A DNA stretch of 64,000 bases from Haplodiscus bocki (taxonomy: Eukaryota). Below are positions 50,784 to 62,620 of this stretch, piece after piece. The notes beneath the pieces are model-generated. The model ran no database searches and was not told the DNA's origin. It saw only the letters and a list, made by a program, of their open reading frames with translations. Where the stretch lies: NCBI GenBank assembly GCA_965655095.1, contig OZ296649.1, positions 145,638,001-145,702,000 on the forward strand, given 5' to 3'. The position numbers and the translations under genes are program-made. The first letter of the stretch is position 1; each line of letters begins with the position of its first letter.

Positions 50784-52843
50784 TTGCAAACATTTCCTTC
50801 AGTCGAATATGTCCGTACTTTCGAAAGGAAAAAGAAATGACATCATCAGGGTTATCTTCAACAGCCGGGACAGGGCGCGGCATAAAAAAATAACTTCGGT
50901 CAAGTCTTTTTCAAAAAAGCACTTCCATAATTTACTGAAACGTCCACACCAGAAGACTTTTTTCATATTTTTAATATCACAATTTTATTTTACAAAGCAA
51001 CCATCAGCTGATCAAAGCTTTACCAAGACTTTAAAAACGATTTACCTGAAAAGTGTGAATTCCTTGATTCGCTTGCGTGAGGATAATTGGTACCTTAATT
51101 TAATTTTTCAAGAATTTACATTGATTTAATGATGTTGAAGACATTTGATTAATTTTTGACTTTGCCTTCCAAAAATTCCGGTAAATTTCGATTCCTCAGA
51201 GTGTTTGCAAGAAGTAACTTGCTACCTTCACAAACGAGCAATCAATAATTGCGAAGAAAAGCGAATGAACATTTCGAAACTTCAAAGATATGTTGATTTT
51301 TAAATCACCTTTTTATAGAAGCCGCATTCATCACTGCATTATCGGGGGCTTCTTTGATCATCCTCCGAAAAATTTGATTAAAAATTCTGGTGTTCAAACA
51401 CAAAATAGGTGAAACAAAGAAAGTGTCTAAGACATCCCGATGCTCTGAGCAGGTCCTAATGACGTCCGATCAATAATTATTTTCCAATTTCCGAGCTTCC
51501 AAAAGTTGTTCACGAAAATCAAAGCAACATAAAGAATTTGATTGGAGCTGTTTATTGTTTTTTTTTCAGGCTTGATACCCGTATCTTAGCCTAGGAAGCA
51601 TTGAAAAGCTAATAATAATGAAATCACCCGAAAATATTGATTTTCATCAAATTGTCGACATGTGATACCAACTTCTGCTTTGAAACTTCGAAATGAGTTA
51701 AAAGTCTGAACAATTGGAATAATTTTTTGAAAGTTAAACAATAAGGAGACACCCAACAATAGCATGAATATTTTCCGCCCTCAAAATTTGTTTTTCAATT
51801 ACTTTGTAGCTAAAAGAAAACAAAATTTTCAGAACTACCCTCTCTTCAAAAAACTCTAATTTAGGTCTAAAAATTTTTTCAAGATATATTACCATTTTAT
51901 CAGAAATCTATGACAAATTTTCTTAATTTGATAGTGAAATTTTTCAAATTCAAAATCGTCCAATTTTTCCCAAAATCGAGAATCTGGCAAGTCTACGTTC
52001 AAAAACGCAGGCGACGACTGGAAGATTCTCTGTACTTCTTGAAATAAGCGCGGAAAAGTAAAAATCAGGAACTGAAGTCCAATAAAAATGCCCAAATGAA
52101 GTTATATTAAGCATTCTGAGACATTAATCGGGGTTTTCGGAGGCCCTTCAAATCATCAGATCATTCAAGTTTTGATTTAATTAGGAATTTTAAGTATTCT
52201 TCAGAAAAATCCATGGTTCATGTCAAATTCGGCGTAGGGTTGAAACACCTTTCAATTCTCAGTCCAAAAGAGATTCATTAACTTGTTAAGGAACCAAAGA
52301 AAGCACTTATTTGGCACCCAGATTCTTATCGCAATTTGTTATCCAAATTTTGCGGGAGAAAAATTTTAAAAAACCACAAATGCTAATCACATCATTCAAA
52401 CCCTTCTGAAGAACAAATCTTTGCGCATCTTATCAGCTGAAAACATGGACACTATCCTTCAGGGTGACATTTCATCGCACAGTTTCAGCCCCCGGAAACT
52501 TCACCCCAGTTTTTCACCTCTCAAAACCAAAGATTTGTCACCCCACAGATACATCCACCCCACTTTGAGAAGCACCAGAGTGATTATATTCCAAAACTGG
52601 GGATGTGCTTCTAAAACTTTTCGTGAAAAGACTCTCCTGCTTTGTAATGTATTTGTATTAATTTGAGAAACAAGTGTATCTATTCAGACGTTTCTCCTTG
52701 AGCTGCACTGACTGTTCAAGACGGACTGTTGACCTATTTGCAAAAATTAAAGCGCAGGATACCGCCTTTCATATGCTAGCCAAAGCTGTATGGATTCTAT
52801 TTTCAAGCAAGTCTGAAGATCATCATGAATATTATTTGTACGC

Positions 52844-54629
52844 TGTCGCAGCACGTCTGCGAAGCCTGCGGTCAGACGATCCCAGCTGTAAAGGACTCCC
52901 AGGTCCATCAAGCAGGAATTAGAACCTTGAAAACATCTCAAACTTATCCACCAACTATTAGACTCATAATTTATCCATTTAAACACTCAACGCATTATGT
53001 AATCATTAACTCATATTTAAGGATACGTAGTAGATACGTATCCACCTAGTACGCACACATGTAATTTATGTAGACGATACGTAGTAGTTACGTATCGTCC
53101 CATAATACTCATTTCATGTAAAAAGCACGTATCCGATACGTGTAATTCTGGTGAACTGATCCTTATTGGGACGGAATGGATGCGGAGCAAACGAAAATTC
53201 ACTGTATGTTTATATGAATTTTAGGCGCTATTTTATATAATTAATCTAACTAATTATTATATAAATCCACCTTCTAATCGACGTGTGCAGTGAGCAATTT
53301 ATTTACACTGACAGCTTCAACAAGTTTTCAATAGCTTAACTATTATTACAGATCTTCACTTTAAAAGTGAATATTTGTTCCGTATGTGTTCCGTCGTAAC
53401 TAATCTGGTGACGTCACTAGAACATCAGCTACTACGCTGTTTCACTTTGGACGGCCACGGGACGTCTACGTAGCCACCAGAATCATTCTCCTCAGTAGTA
53501 CTGCGGAAGGCAGTGCTACAAGCGGCTACGTAGCCGCCACGGAACACTCCGGCCAAAGTGAGGCTTGAGCTGGTAGAAACGTGGAACGGGCTAGGATTTA
53601 CGCCTAGTTTGTTCCAAACAGTGGTTTTAATCAACGCAGCATGTAATCATGAATCTTTTGAGACTATTAACTTTAACTTTCCTTACTTTAATTATTTTCC
53701 GACTGTATTATTGTATTTATTCCCTGTATGGAAATAACTTTGATCTTTTGTTTATGTTTTTATTTATTATGTCGACGCGGGAATAACCACTTTGATGTCC
53801 ATTTCCGACGGATCGGACCGTACTTTTTTCTGTCGAAAGATGGAAAGGACGCAGTCCGTGAGGGAAGAAATGGACGGAAGGGTGTTTATTTCCCGCCAGA
53901 GTCGGCATCCTTTCTCTTTGATAAATATTATGATTAAAGTACTTTTCCCTATTTGTACTTTGATCTGGCGTGTGAACATTTAAGTTTTCCGCCAAGGAAA
54001 GGTATAAATAGGAGAAATAAAAGTACAATTATTATTATATGAATTGTAGCTTTTCGGTATTGTACCATTCTTTAAAAATCATTTGACTGTTTGTATTCAT
54101 CAAAACCTTTTCCCTCATACTGAGAGGAAATCGTTACTGATAATAAAAGATAAAATTAAATTCAGTCTTCATCACTGACAAGATTTTCCCTCAAGAAATA
54201 TGGCAACATTGAGAAACAAGAGGAAATTAGTGGCAGTTTCAAGAGAAACGCCTGAAGGCAGTAGAAGCAGTAGAGGACAGACTGTACCTGACCCTGAGTT
54301 AACCCAAGATTACATCTCCCAAGTCTCCGAGGAGATTGAAGGGAGGGTAACCAAGAAACTCTCTAAGGAATTTAGCAAAACGGAGCCATGTATCTTGGGT
54401 GCATTGCCGAAGCTTGACGAGTTCCTTCTGAACCCACAAGTTCGGACGTGTTCCGTAGCTGTTCAAGGAACATCCAGAAACGCTAATTCAGAAAACCGGG
54501 AAATTCATGGGGATCGCTCCTCAGATGATCCCTATCCCGAAGTGGGGTATTTTCCTCACCACTCTGGTCAACTCAATAGCCCAGAGACAGAAACCATCTC
54601 GCATATGGTGACCGAAATCTACCCTCACA
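52844..54629 (+). mobile_element. Solo LTR, family 2, younger copy (1786 bp), perfect 5-bp TSD TACGC
   Basis: TACGC|TGTCGCAGCA ... CCCTCACA|TACGC; homologous to 24323-26077. Confidence 0.9.
53408..53417. promoter_or_regulatory. CRE palindrome GTGACGTCAC in LTR family 2
   Basis: TGACGTCA at 53409-53416, conserved with 24836-24843. Confidence 0.45.
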
Positions 54630-54664
54630 TACGCATCGTGATAACACTTCGAACTCACTTTTGA
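54200..54664 (+). CDS. Open gag-like N-terminal ORF: 143 codons inside the solo LTR, reading on into flanking DNA
   Basis: True ATG, no stops up to the LTR end at 54629; homologous to the 25672 fragment. TATAAATA lies at 54003-54010 upstream. Expression unknown. Confidence 0.55.
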   Translation: MATLRNKRKLVAVSRETPEGSRSSRGQTVPDPELTQDYISQVSEEIEGRVTKKLSKEFSKTEPCILGALPKLDEFLLNPQVRTCSVAVQGTSRNANSENREIHGDRSSDDPYPEVGYFPHHSGQLNSPETETISHMVTEIYPHIRIVITLRTHF

Positions 54665-57600
54665 CGTGTGAAAAGTCAAAAAAACGCCTGATTTGTTACT
54701 TTTTTGTGTAGCAGTTTGTTTGGTCGCATCCGTTTACAGCATCTGAGTTCGTATCTAGAAAGTTCAGTGCATCTAGTTGAAACTGGATCTCTCAATCCCA
54801 ATTTCTTCTCACTTTGACTTTCGGTCTTGTATTAGAGAATTTTGAGAAATAGGATGAGCTGAGAATGCTTAAATTCCGAACTGGCTAAACAAAAACTGGA
54901 GGATTTTGCCCCTTTTTCCCCACATAAATGTTGGAATGTAGTTATACAATACCACTAATCTTGTATGATGCGAAAATACGCGTTTACAAGACCACAAATT
55001 GTGCTTTTTTGTAATTTTAAAGTTTCAATTTTTAGTAGTTTTAAAATTTTGGGAGTAGAATTTGAAACGATAACAGAAAGGAACTTTTTGCCAGTATTTG
55101 ATTATTTTATGTCAGAGATTAATAAATATTATCTGCCATCTCAGAAAAATTCCATCATTCTTGAAGTAGATATTTCAGTTTATTTTGAGGGGATGCATCT
55201 GATGATTGATATTTGGGTGGCGCAATTTTTAGAAGCTACCCTGCTGTCTTGTGACATTTCAGATTTTCGTATCTAATTTTATTTCCGAATTTACGGCATT
55301 AGTTAAAATGGATATTAATATCTAATTTCCGTTTTCAGAAGTTAACTTCCGTGTGCATTTATATTACACCATGGGATCAAGAGCGCGTGGGGTGCAATTT
55401 ATTTTGAGTGAAAATGGAGTGCAATCGACGGAGGATGAAAAGAGTGTGGGCGTGTGGATATGTACTTGGGTTGAAAAGTGTATGAAGTGAAATGTTCGCG
55501 AGGTGAACTTTTATAACGTCTGAACCTGCTTGAGCGTATAACATGAAGTGGCTTAATGAGAATTTGGCTCAGCAGAAGCGAAGAAGGCAGCTTATAATAC
55601 TGTGTTATACCCTATAGCATCAAAAACTTCTTATAGGCAAAATGCTCTTTAAAAAAATCGGAGCTACTTTTAAACAAAAGAATTTTGATGAAGTTTCGTG
55701 GATACAAAAGCTAATGTTGGACGTAAAACTAGAAAATTCATTGGAAGTTTTATCTAAAAAGCCGCTACAGCTCAATTTGTCGCTGTCCGCAAGAAACGTT
55801 GAAAATTTTGAATATTAGTCCAATTTCTCAGAAACTGTCGAAATTCATTTACAGGTCACGCCAAGTGAATGAGAGGCAGCCACTCATTACCTATAAAAGA
55901 TGAAATTTGCAAATCATGATTTTCACCAAATTTCGCTCAATAAAGAAACGAACGAATTGGCAATTTTCACTTGCTGCGCAATAAAATGTTCTACAAAAAC
56001 CACACGAGGCAGGCGGTCACATTTGTAGGTACACGAGAAATTGCTTTTAAATTTAATTGTAATTTCGCAGGTAAATTCACTGCAGAATGTCTTTATGTAT
56101 GTCGCCACCGACGTCTTGATAAGCCTGGAATTTGATTCTTTCCAAATTTGCTCCCTATCTCAAAGGTTTTGTTCCTGTTCTCCAGCGATTGACGTTGCAT
56201 CTAAAGAATTTCAATGACGTCACTTTTCCAGCTCAAGGACGCACAAGCAATGGCCTCTGACAATCGTGAAGTATGCACCCCTGAATGTTAAAACACCAAC
56301 AAATGGAACAGCTTCTCCGTAATTCTTTTTCTGGGAAGCCTCAGGTACCTTTTAATGTATGAAGTGTGATATTGGTTTAAACACTAATTCAAGCTGCGAA
56401 AATTAAAGATCATTTTTTTACCGGGTTCAAAAAAAGGTGGGCTCAAGATATGATGCCAATTGTTTCTAAAAATTAAGAATAAGCAGATCTGTTTTTGTCA
56501 GCGCTTTTATATGAGAGGTCCGCGTATCACAGTGACAAGAGTTTAAAAAGATTTGAGTTCTAGTTTTTGCGCTCAAAGTTGATTGAACTGAGTGGATCGA
56601 ATTCACTTAGTTGGCTCACACGAGAACAACTATTTTTCGGTAGTTTCTGATATGATAATTTATGAGTTACTTCAGTTTAAGAGCCACCCTTGAGCTGAAA
56701 CTTCTGGAAAGCTCTAACCAGTCAAGGAAAGAGCTTGATACTTTGAGAAGTTATTTTAACAAACGAAGATGTTGAATCAAGCAACAAGTCAAGAATGGTC
56801 AATTAATTGTGTTCAATGGAACAAAAATGGACTCCTATTGGAGGCAACATTCAAATTGAAGGCCTCCCAGCAATTGAAAGCAGTTCTAGGATGCCCCTAA
56901 TGGTATACTCTCATTGCATTTTGAAGCTTATGATATTTCTTAAATTTAAAAAGGCCTGTGAAATAAACACTCCCAACTACGAGTTGTATGATACACATCC
57001 AGGTTATGAGACCTCAAAACCACAGGAAACCAAAACATCAACGAGTCTTCTCGGAAAATTTTCTGAACTATTTTCTTGAACAAAGGAATATCTGAGGGAA
57101 ATTTCGGCAAAAGAAAATGTTCTTACTATTTTCGAGTTATTTCAAATTAAGCCCATGAAAAACCTATTACTACAAATCAAATTTAAAATCGCCAATGAAA
57201 CTCTTGAATCTAGAGGATTCAGTCGAAAACAGGTTTAACGCTGGGTTGAAAAGGAAAGGCCTGCGACCGACGTATCGTCAAACTGTTGTTAAATTTGAAT
57301 CGTTAGCCAACTCGTTAGCCAAAGCATTCAACTACTTAATGCAATTTTAATTGCTTCCCACGATAATGAAAGATCTTCCACTGGAGAGCATTGAGCAAAA
57401 TTGACAGCTTTGTATATACCAAACAATAAATATCTTTTTTTAAATGTTCTAACAAATTTTGAAAAATTATTTATGTTTCTCAAAGGCGCAAACAAGTAGA
57501 GTAAAAGTACTCAATTGCGTCCCTATTGGATATCTTTGAAAACTGATTCGTAAATACTTGTATTACTGAATAAAAATGGATATTCATTTTCATATGCAAA

Positions 57601-57899
57601 GAAATAAATTCTTTGTTTTTTCAACTGGAGAAGTTAAGTTGCAAGTACAAGAATTCATGATGGAGATAGAAATCCAGTTAAAAGAGAGGTATTATTTTTC
57701 TTACCTGGCTGGGGAGCTTAAAGATTTTAGCAAAATCGTTTTCCAAAATTGACATCTATGTTCGTAAAGCGACCTTGAAAGGCTACTCGAGTTTCTACTG
57801 GTATTGATTTTGCCTGATTGAATCTACAGAACGATGATAAAAATATCTCTGATAGACTGAACTTCTCCCAATAAGCCTTCACCTGAAAATTTTTTCCAA

Positions 57900-60800
57900 A
57901 TCATTTTCTGTGGTAACGTATAAACATTTGAGCATGAAGATGTTTGGTTTTTAGTGACAGTTGACCAAATTGGTTATTTTGTAGGAAATGAGGAAAAAAT
58001 AAACAAAAAGCGGCATCGAACTGCGACATTTTCCGCCAACGCGGCGCAGAAATGATACACTGAACATACAACAAATGATTTTTTTTAAAAAAAAACTAAT
58101 TTCGAGAGAAGAAAGTTGTCGATGGAGATCGTGATAGGAAAATTCAAGTGCTAGCTTTAAAAAATTTAAGTTAAAAAATCGAGTAATTAATAATTTTGAT
58201 TGAACTCTTTCGCATTTTTGCCCTATCCACGTTCCAATCTGAGGATTAACACCAGAGTTTTTTCAGTCCAAAAGTCATATAATAGTATGAGAGTGTCAAT
58301 TCTGAATTTGATTTAACAATTCAAAGTTGTAGTTTTCGGGAAGATGATTTGGAATTTCGAGATATGTCTCAGCTAAAAGCTCTTTTGCCACTTCTGACCA
58401 ACTTGGATTGCAATTCCGATTCAAAAAGCAACTTTAAAGAAATTTAGAAGCGCACATTCCTCTTCAAGCAGTCAACTATCAAAACACACCTTAAAGGAAA
58501 ACCGAAATACGTACAGTTGAAGAAGTATAGGTATCAATATCGAGGTAAGTGAAGACTAAAAGCACTCTCTGGCATTTCTGTTTCATCAAGATTTCAACGA
58601 TTGTAAAAAATCAACAGTTTCTCAATCAAATATTGGAGTTCATTTACGAAGCTTCAGTTTAATATTTTGAAGTAAGACATCAAGTCAGTAGTTGTGGGGA
58701 AACTCGGGTTAGAAAATCGAGAAGACTCCATATTAAAAATAATTTTCGATGCTTTTAGACTAAGAGAAGTCCATTACAACGATCGTTATTCAAAATTTTA
58801 CTTCTCGAAAGCAGAGACTTTCCGACTGCGACCTTGGTGGAAGAAATGAAGCTTGTAGTTACGAAGAAAATATTTTTGAATAAATCAGTTTTAATAGCCC
58901 ATAAGTCAAAAGTAATAGACTTTTTGGACTATTCCGATTATCAAGCTTGCGATGCAGGAATTTAAAATACTAATTTTCAAATCAAAATTTCAAAATTTAG
59001 ACTAAAAGGAGGAACTTGTCAGTTGAGACTTTGACGGGAGAAGTGAGGCTTTTACTGTTTGGCAAAAATGAGTTTAAATACCGAAATTACCCAACAATAG
59101 TTTTTTTGAATTTTCGGAATATCAAAGTTCTGGTGGGAGGGAAAAAACCAGTCGAATTCTTCCACAAGGGCATACCTTGCGATAGAGATGAAACGAAAGT
59201 GGAACATACCGGGTCTGTGAAGACGGCGAATTAAGAGTTTCAATATCGAGATAAAGTACTTTGAAAAGCAATCTTTGGATTTTTCGGACTGGCAAGATTC
59301 TGATGCAGGGAACAAAATCAACACTATTCGCGTAAAAAGATTATCTACAACGAAAACTGTTTCGATTCAGACATCGGTAGAAAAAATGAAGCCCGTAGTT
59401 GTGAGCTGAAATTAAGGATTAGTCTGAATATCGAGAAAAGTTTTCGCAAATTTTTTTCCTTGACATTGTGGACTCTCAGAACTCTAATGCAAGGAATAAA
59501 GTCAATGGTTTTCCTCTTCAAAATTCTTTTACATGTTTTAATTTTATAGAATGAGATCTTGATGGGGGAATTCAATTTTGTACTGCCTGAAAAATACAAT
59601 TTTGAATGTCGGACGAAACCCATATAACTAGCACTCTTTGGAATTTTCGGAGTGTGAAGATTCTGAAGCAAGGAAAAAAAATCAACAATTGTCCCGTCAA
59701 AAAATCTCTAAAGTCAAAAAACTTTTGATTCGGAGAAAGATGGAAGAAACGAAGCCTCTAGACATGGGGAAATACGAGTTCGATTAACGAGATAGGTTAT
59801 AAAAAGTTCTTTATTGGATTTTTTGGACTATCTGGACTCTGATTCAAAAGAGAAAATCAAAGATTTTGACCTGAATACTGGACTATAGAGAACAGGTTTC
59901 CGAATAAGTTCTCGATGGAAGAAATCGAAATTGTAGTCACTGTAAGATAATTGTATGAATATTGAGCGAAATCAAAATAAACAGCAATTTTGTAATTCTG
60001 CACCGTCACGAATGTGATTCAAGGATCAAAGCACAATGTTTGTTAATTGAACATTCCTCAGCAGACAGGAATTCTTAGTTGGAGACATTGATTGGAGATA
60101 CCAAACTTCTTGTTCACTAAGAGAAATGAGTTTGAAAATCGAGAAAGCTTAATGTTAGCAAACTTTTTTGATTTTTCTGTTTATGACGATTATGGTAGAA
60201 GAATGAGAATTAGAGGTTTTCCGAACGAATCAACATTCACAATTGTCAATCCTTCGATTGTGAACTTGATGGAAATAATCGAGGTTATTGGTATTGAGAA
60301 ATAAGAGTTTAAATATCGATATAATTCATTATCAGAAGCACTGTTCACCACAAGTGGCAAGAACTCGGTTGAAACCTATATCGGAGGCTCAAAACTGTAT
60401 TTTTGCAAAAAAAAAGTGAGAACTGATTACTAATTGGGATTTTCGTCATTATCTCAATTTCGAGATTACAGAAAAATATGCTGCAGCACACATATTTTTG
60501 ATGAAAATTTGCATTTCTTGCTTTCGGGTAAATTAGGATAGGGATAAACTGATACCAAAAAACTGGATAAAATGAAAAAATGTACAAATTTTACTGTTTT
60601 ATTTTTAGGCTTTCCAAAAGACTCATAACTTAGAGACTTTTCTCGTTTTTTAGGAAAGAAAAAATAATTTTTTTCCAATTTTTCTTAAAACATTGAAAAA
60701 ACAAATTGTTTCTGTTACATCGGAAAAGGTTACTACTTGAAAGAAAAAGAGCCCACTAACGAAAAAACATCAAATTTTGTCGAAGAAACCTTGTTTTTTG

Positions 60801-61010
60801 CTGTCAAAAATAAGAACGTGCTGAGGGTATCTAAACAGACGCAAAAATTACGATGGATTGCGGGATCCGAACCTGAAAGCTGTGTGCTACCTGACCGCAG
60901 TGCCATCCGACATAAATTTTATGCAAGCCTCCAACGACTCTGCAGACAAAGTCTGCGCGTCATCGGCAATTTCAGGAAAAGGAAAAAACTAACACTACCG
61001 AATTGAATAT
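57900..61010 (+). repeat. Ancient element with an internal ~177-bp degenerate tandem array (array ~58500-60330)
   Basis: Motif at ~58678, 58843, 59040, 59381, 59566, 59746, 59921, 60094 and 60272; flanks homologous to 26400-29900. Confidence 0.65.
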
Positions 61011-62030
61011 CTTCCTTTCGCAGAAATTTTCCGACGGATAATAGAAAAATTTCTTGCGACAACTAAAAAAATCGAATGGATTCGCTCGTGTTTGAAATCA
61101 TTTGCTCACTGTTATTTTCCGGAAAAAAGACTTCCTTCAGTGGCTTCAAGCGTAAAACAGTTTTATTTGGTTGAATTAATTTCTGACAATATTTTTTTAT
61201 CCCAGTCATGCCTTGTGAATAAATTAAAATAGCATGAAAGAAGAATTGAATTAGGAGGAGTTGAAATCAGTTTCCTGATTGAATTTATAGGGAGATAGAA
61301 TTTTAGTCCTGAGGGATTCTAGAAACACTTTTTGCCTTTTTTGCACTTTGAGTCAAGGGTTAGAAATTCTGATTTGAATAAGAGGACTTCTACTTTTTCA
61401 TGTATCTTGGACTTGTTAATATTGATTAGAATATACTAGAAGTTACAATCAGGCAAAAAATTCAAGTGTAAAATTTCAAATGAGATACCCAGTTTTTTGA
61501 AAAATGGCTAAAATACAATACAATCTGTGAACAAAAATTTCTGAGAAATGATTTCGCACAAAAATTTTATTGAGTCTCATTAAATTCACCAGACTATTAC
61601 AAGAGTTTAAGATGATTTCTGTCAAAATTAAATAGAAAGTTGGCCTGAAGAGAGCACCATTTAAAGATCCAGTCGGAATTGAAATTTTGGGATCCGACAG
61701 ACAACTCAAGATCCGGAAAGCGAACAATTTCAGTGATCCAATCACTGTCAAAAACTTTTTGTGGGCTACAAGTTCCTCCCGGAATGATGCCTCCAAGACG
61801 TTCCGCGCAGACGTTGATCAGGTGTGGTTCACGAAGGTTTACGGTCCAAAGATATCCTTTAATCCCAATTTTTTGGGTTTTTAGTACTGCTATAATAGCA
61901 GAACTGATAAGGTTCAAAATTATTGTGGCGTTTTCTACTTCAGTTGGATGAACTTTTGAGAAAATTTTTCAAAAACTTGAGTTTTTGCTGCTGTTCTGTT
62001 AAACTTTGAGAGAACACTAGTTTTTATATA

Positions 62031-62444
62031 CCTGGGATGCCATTTTAATGGCCACTTCATGCGTTTTCATCCCTGTTGGACTACTTTATCACAATTCGGT
62101 TCCCTACTTCACACGTGCAGATATCAGAGCTGATTCCCAGAAAATCAGTAAAATCGGAGCTGAATCTACGTTGAAAACCCAGTTTCACAGAGCTAAAAAA
62201 ACAGCGCTGAACAGCTCTGATTCTTTCTGAAACAGAGCTGTTCAGCAATGATCAGCATCGAATTCTTCAGACATGAACAGCCCTGAATCAGAAAAAATCA
62301 GAACTGATCAGCTCTGAAACAGCGCTGGTTAGCTGTGGTATTTTTTTGTGTTCTATGAATCAGCGCTGAACAACGCTGGAAATGTCAAATGTCTGAAACA
62401 GCAGCACTGTTCAGTGCTGAAGATCTCTGGGAGTTTAACGCGGG
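62031..62444. mobile_element. MITE-like element with degenerate CCCGGG termini and a CAGCGCTG/CAGAGCTG motif array
   Basis: Left CCTGGG...TAATGGCC (cf. 36732 CCCGGG...TAATGGCC), right TTTAACGCGGG; many (T)CAG(A/C)GCTG(A)-like copies between them. Confidence 0.55.
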
Positions 62445-62620
62445 CAGTTTACAAAATAGTCAACAGTAATCATTGACTGTTCTGTCATCCTTGAGGAGGA
62501 ACTTGCTTTTCCTTCTCTACATAGCCTCATGATATTCGGTTAGAATGGTGCTTTTTGGATGATTATTGCAACATATCGATGCAAAATTTCGAATCAAAAC
62601 ATCAAGTATATCATACTATA

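Larger units (their letters stand above)
52440..55520. mobile_element. TIR element with TTCACCC/GGGTGAA subterminal arrays, hosting the family-2 solo LTR
   Basis: TTCACCC-like cluster at ~52460-52560 and inverted GGGTGAA-like cluster at ~55390-55510; exact ends not resolved. A similar motif cluster lies at ~5170-5225. Confidence 0.45.

Noticed and set aside
53385-54633. Apparent TA-flanked element CGTA|TGTG...CACA|TACG
   Set aside because: Homology with the other copy continues ~540 bp upstream to 52844, where a perfect 5-bp TSD marks the real boundary.
55920-56350. Possible Merlin/ISXO2 transposase remnant on the minus strand (ILHDCQR, YIKTFCSEF)
   Set aside because: Similarity is too weak to call by eye; needs an HMM search.
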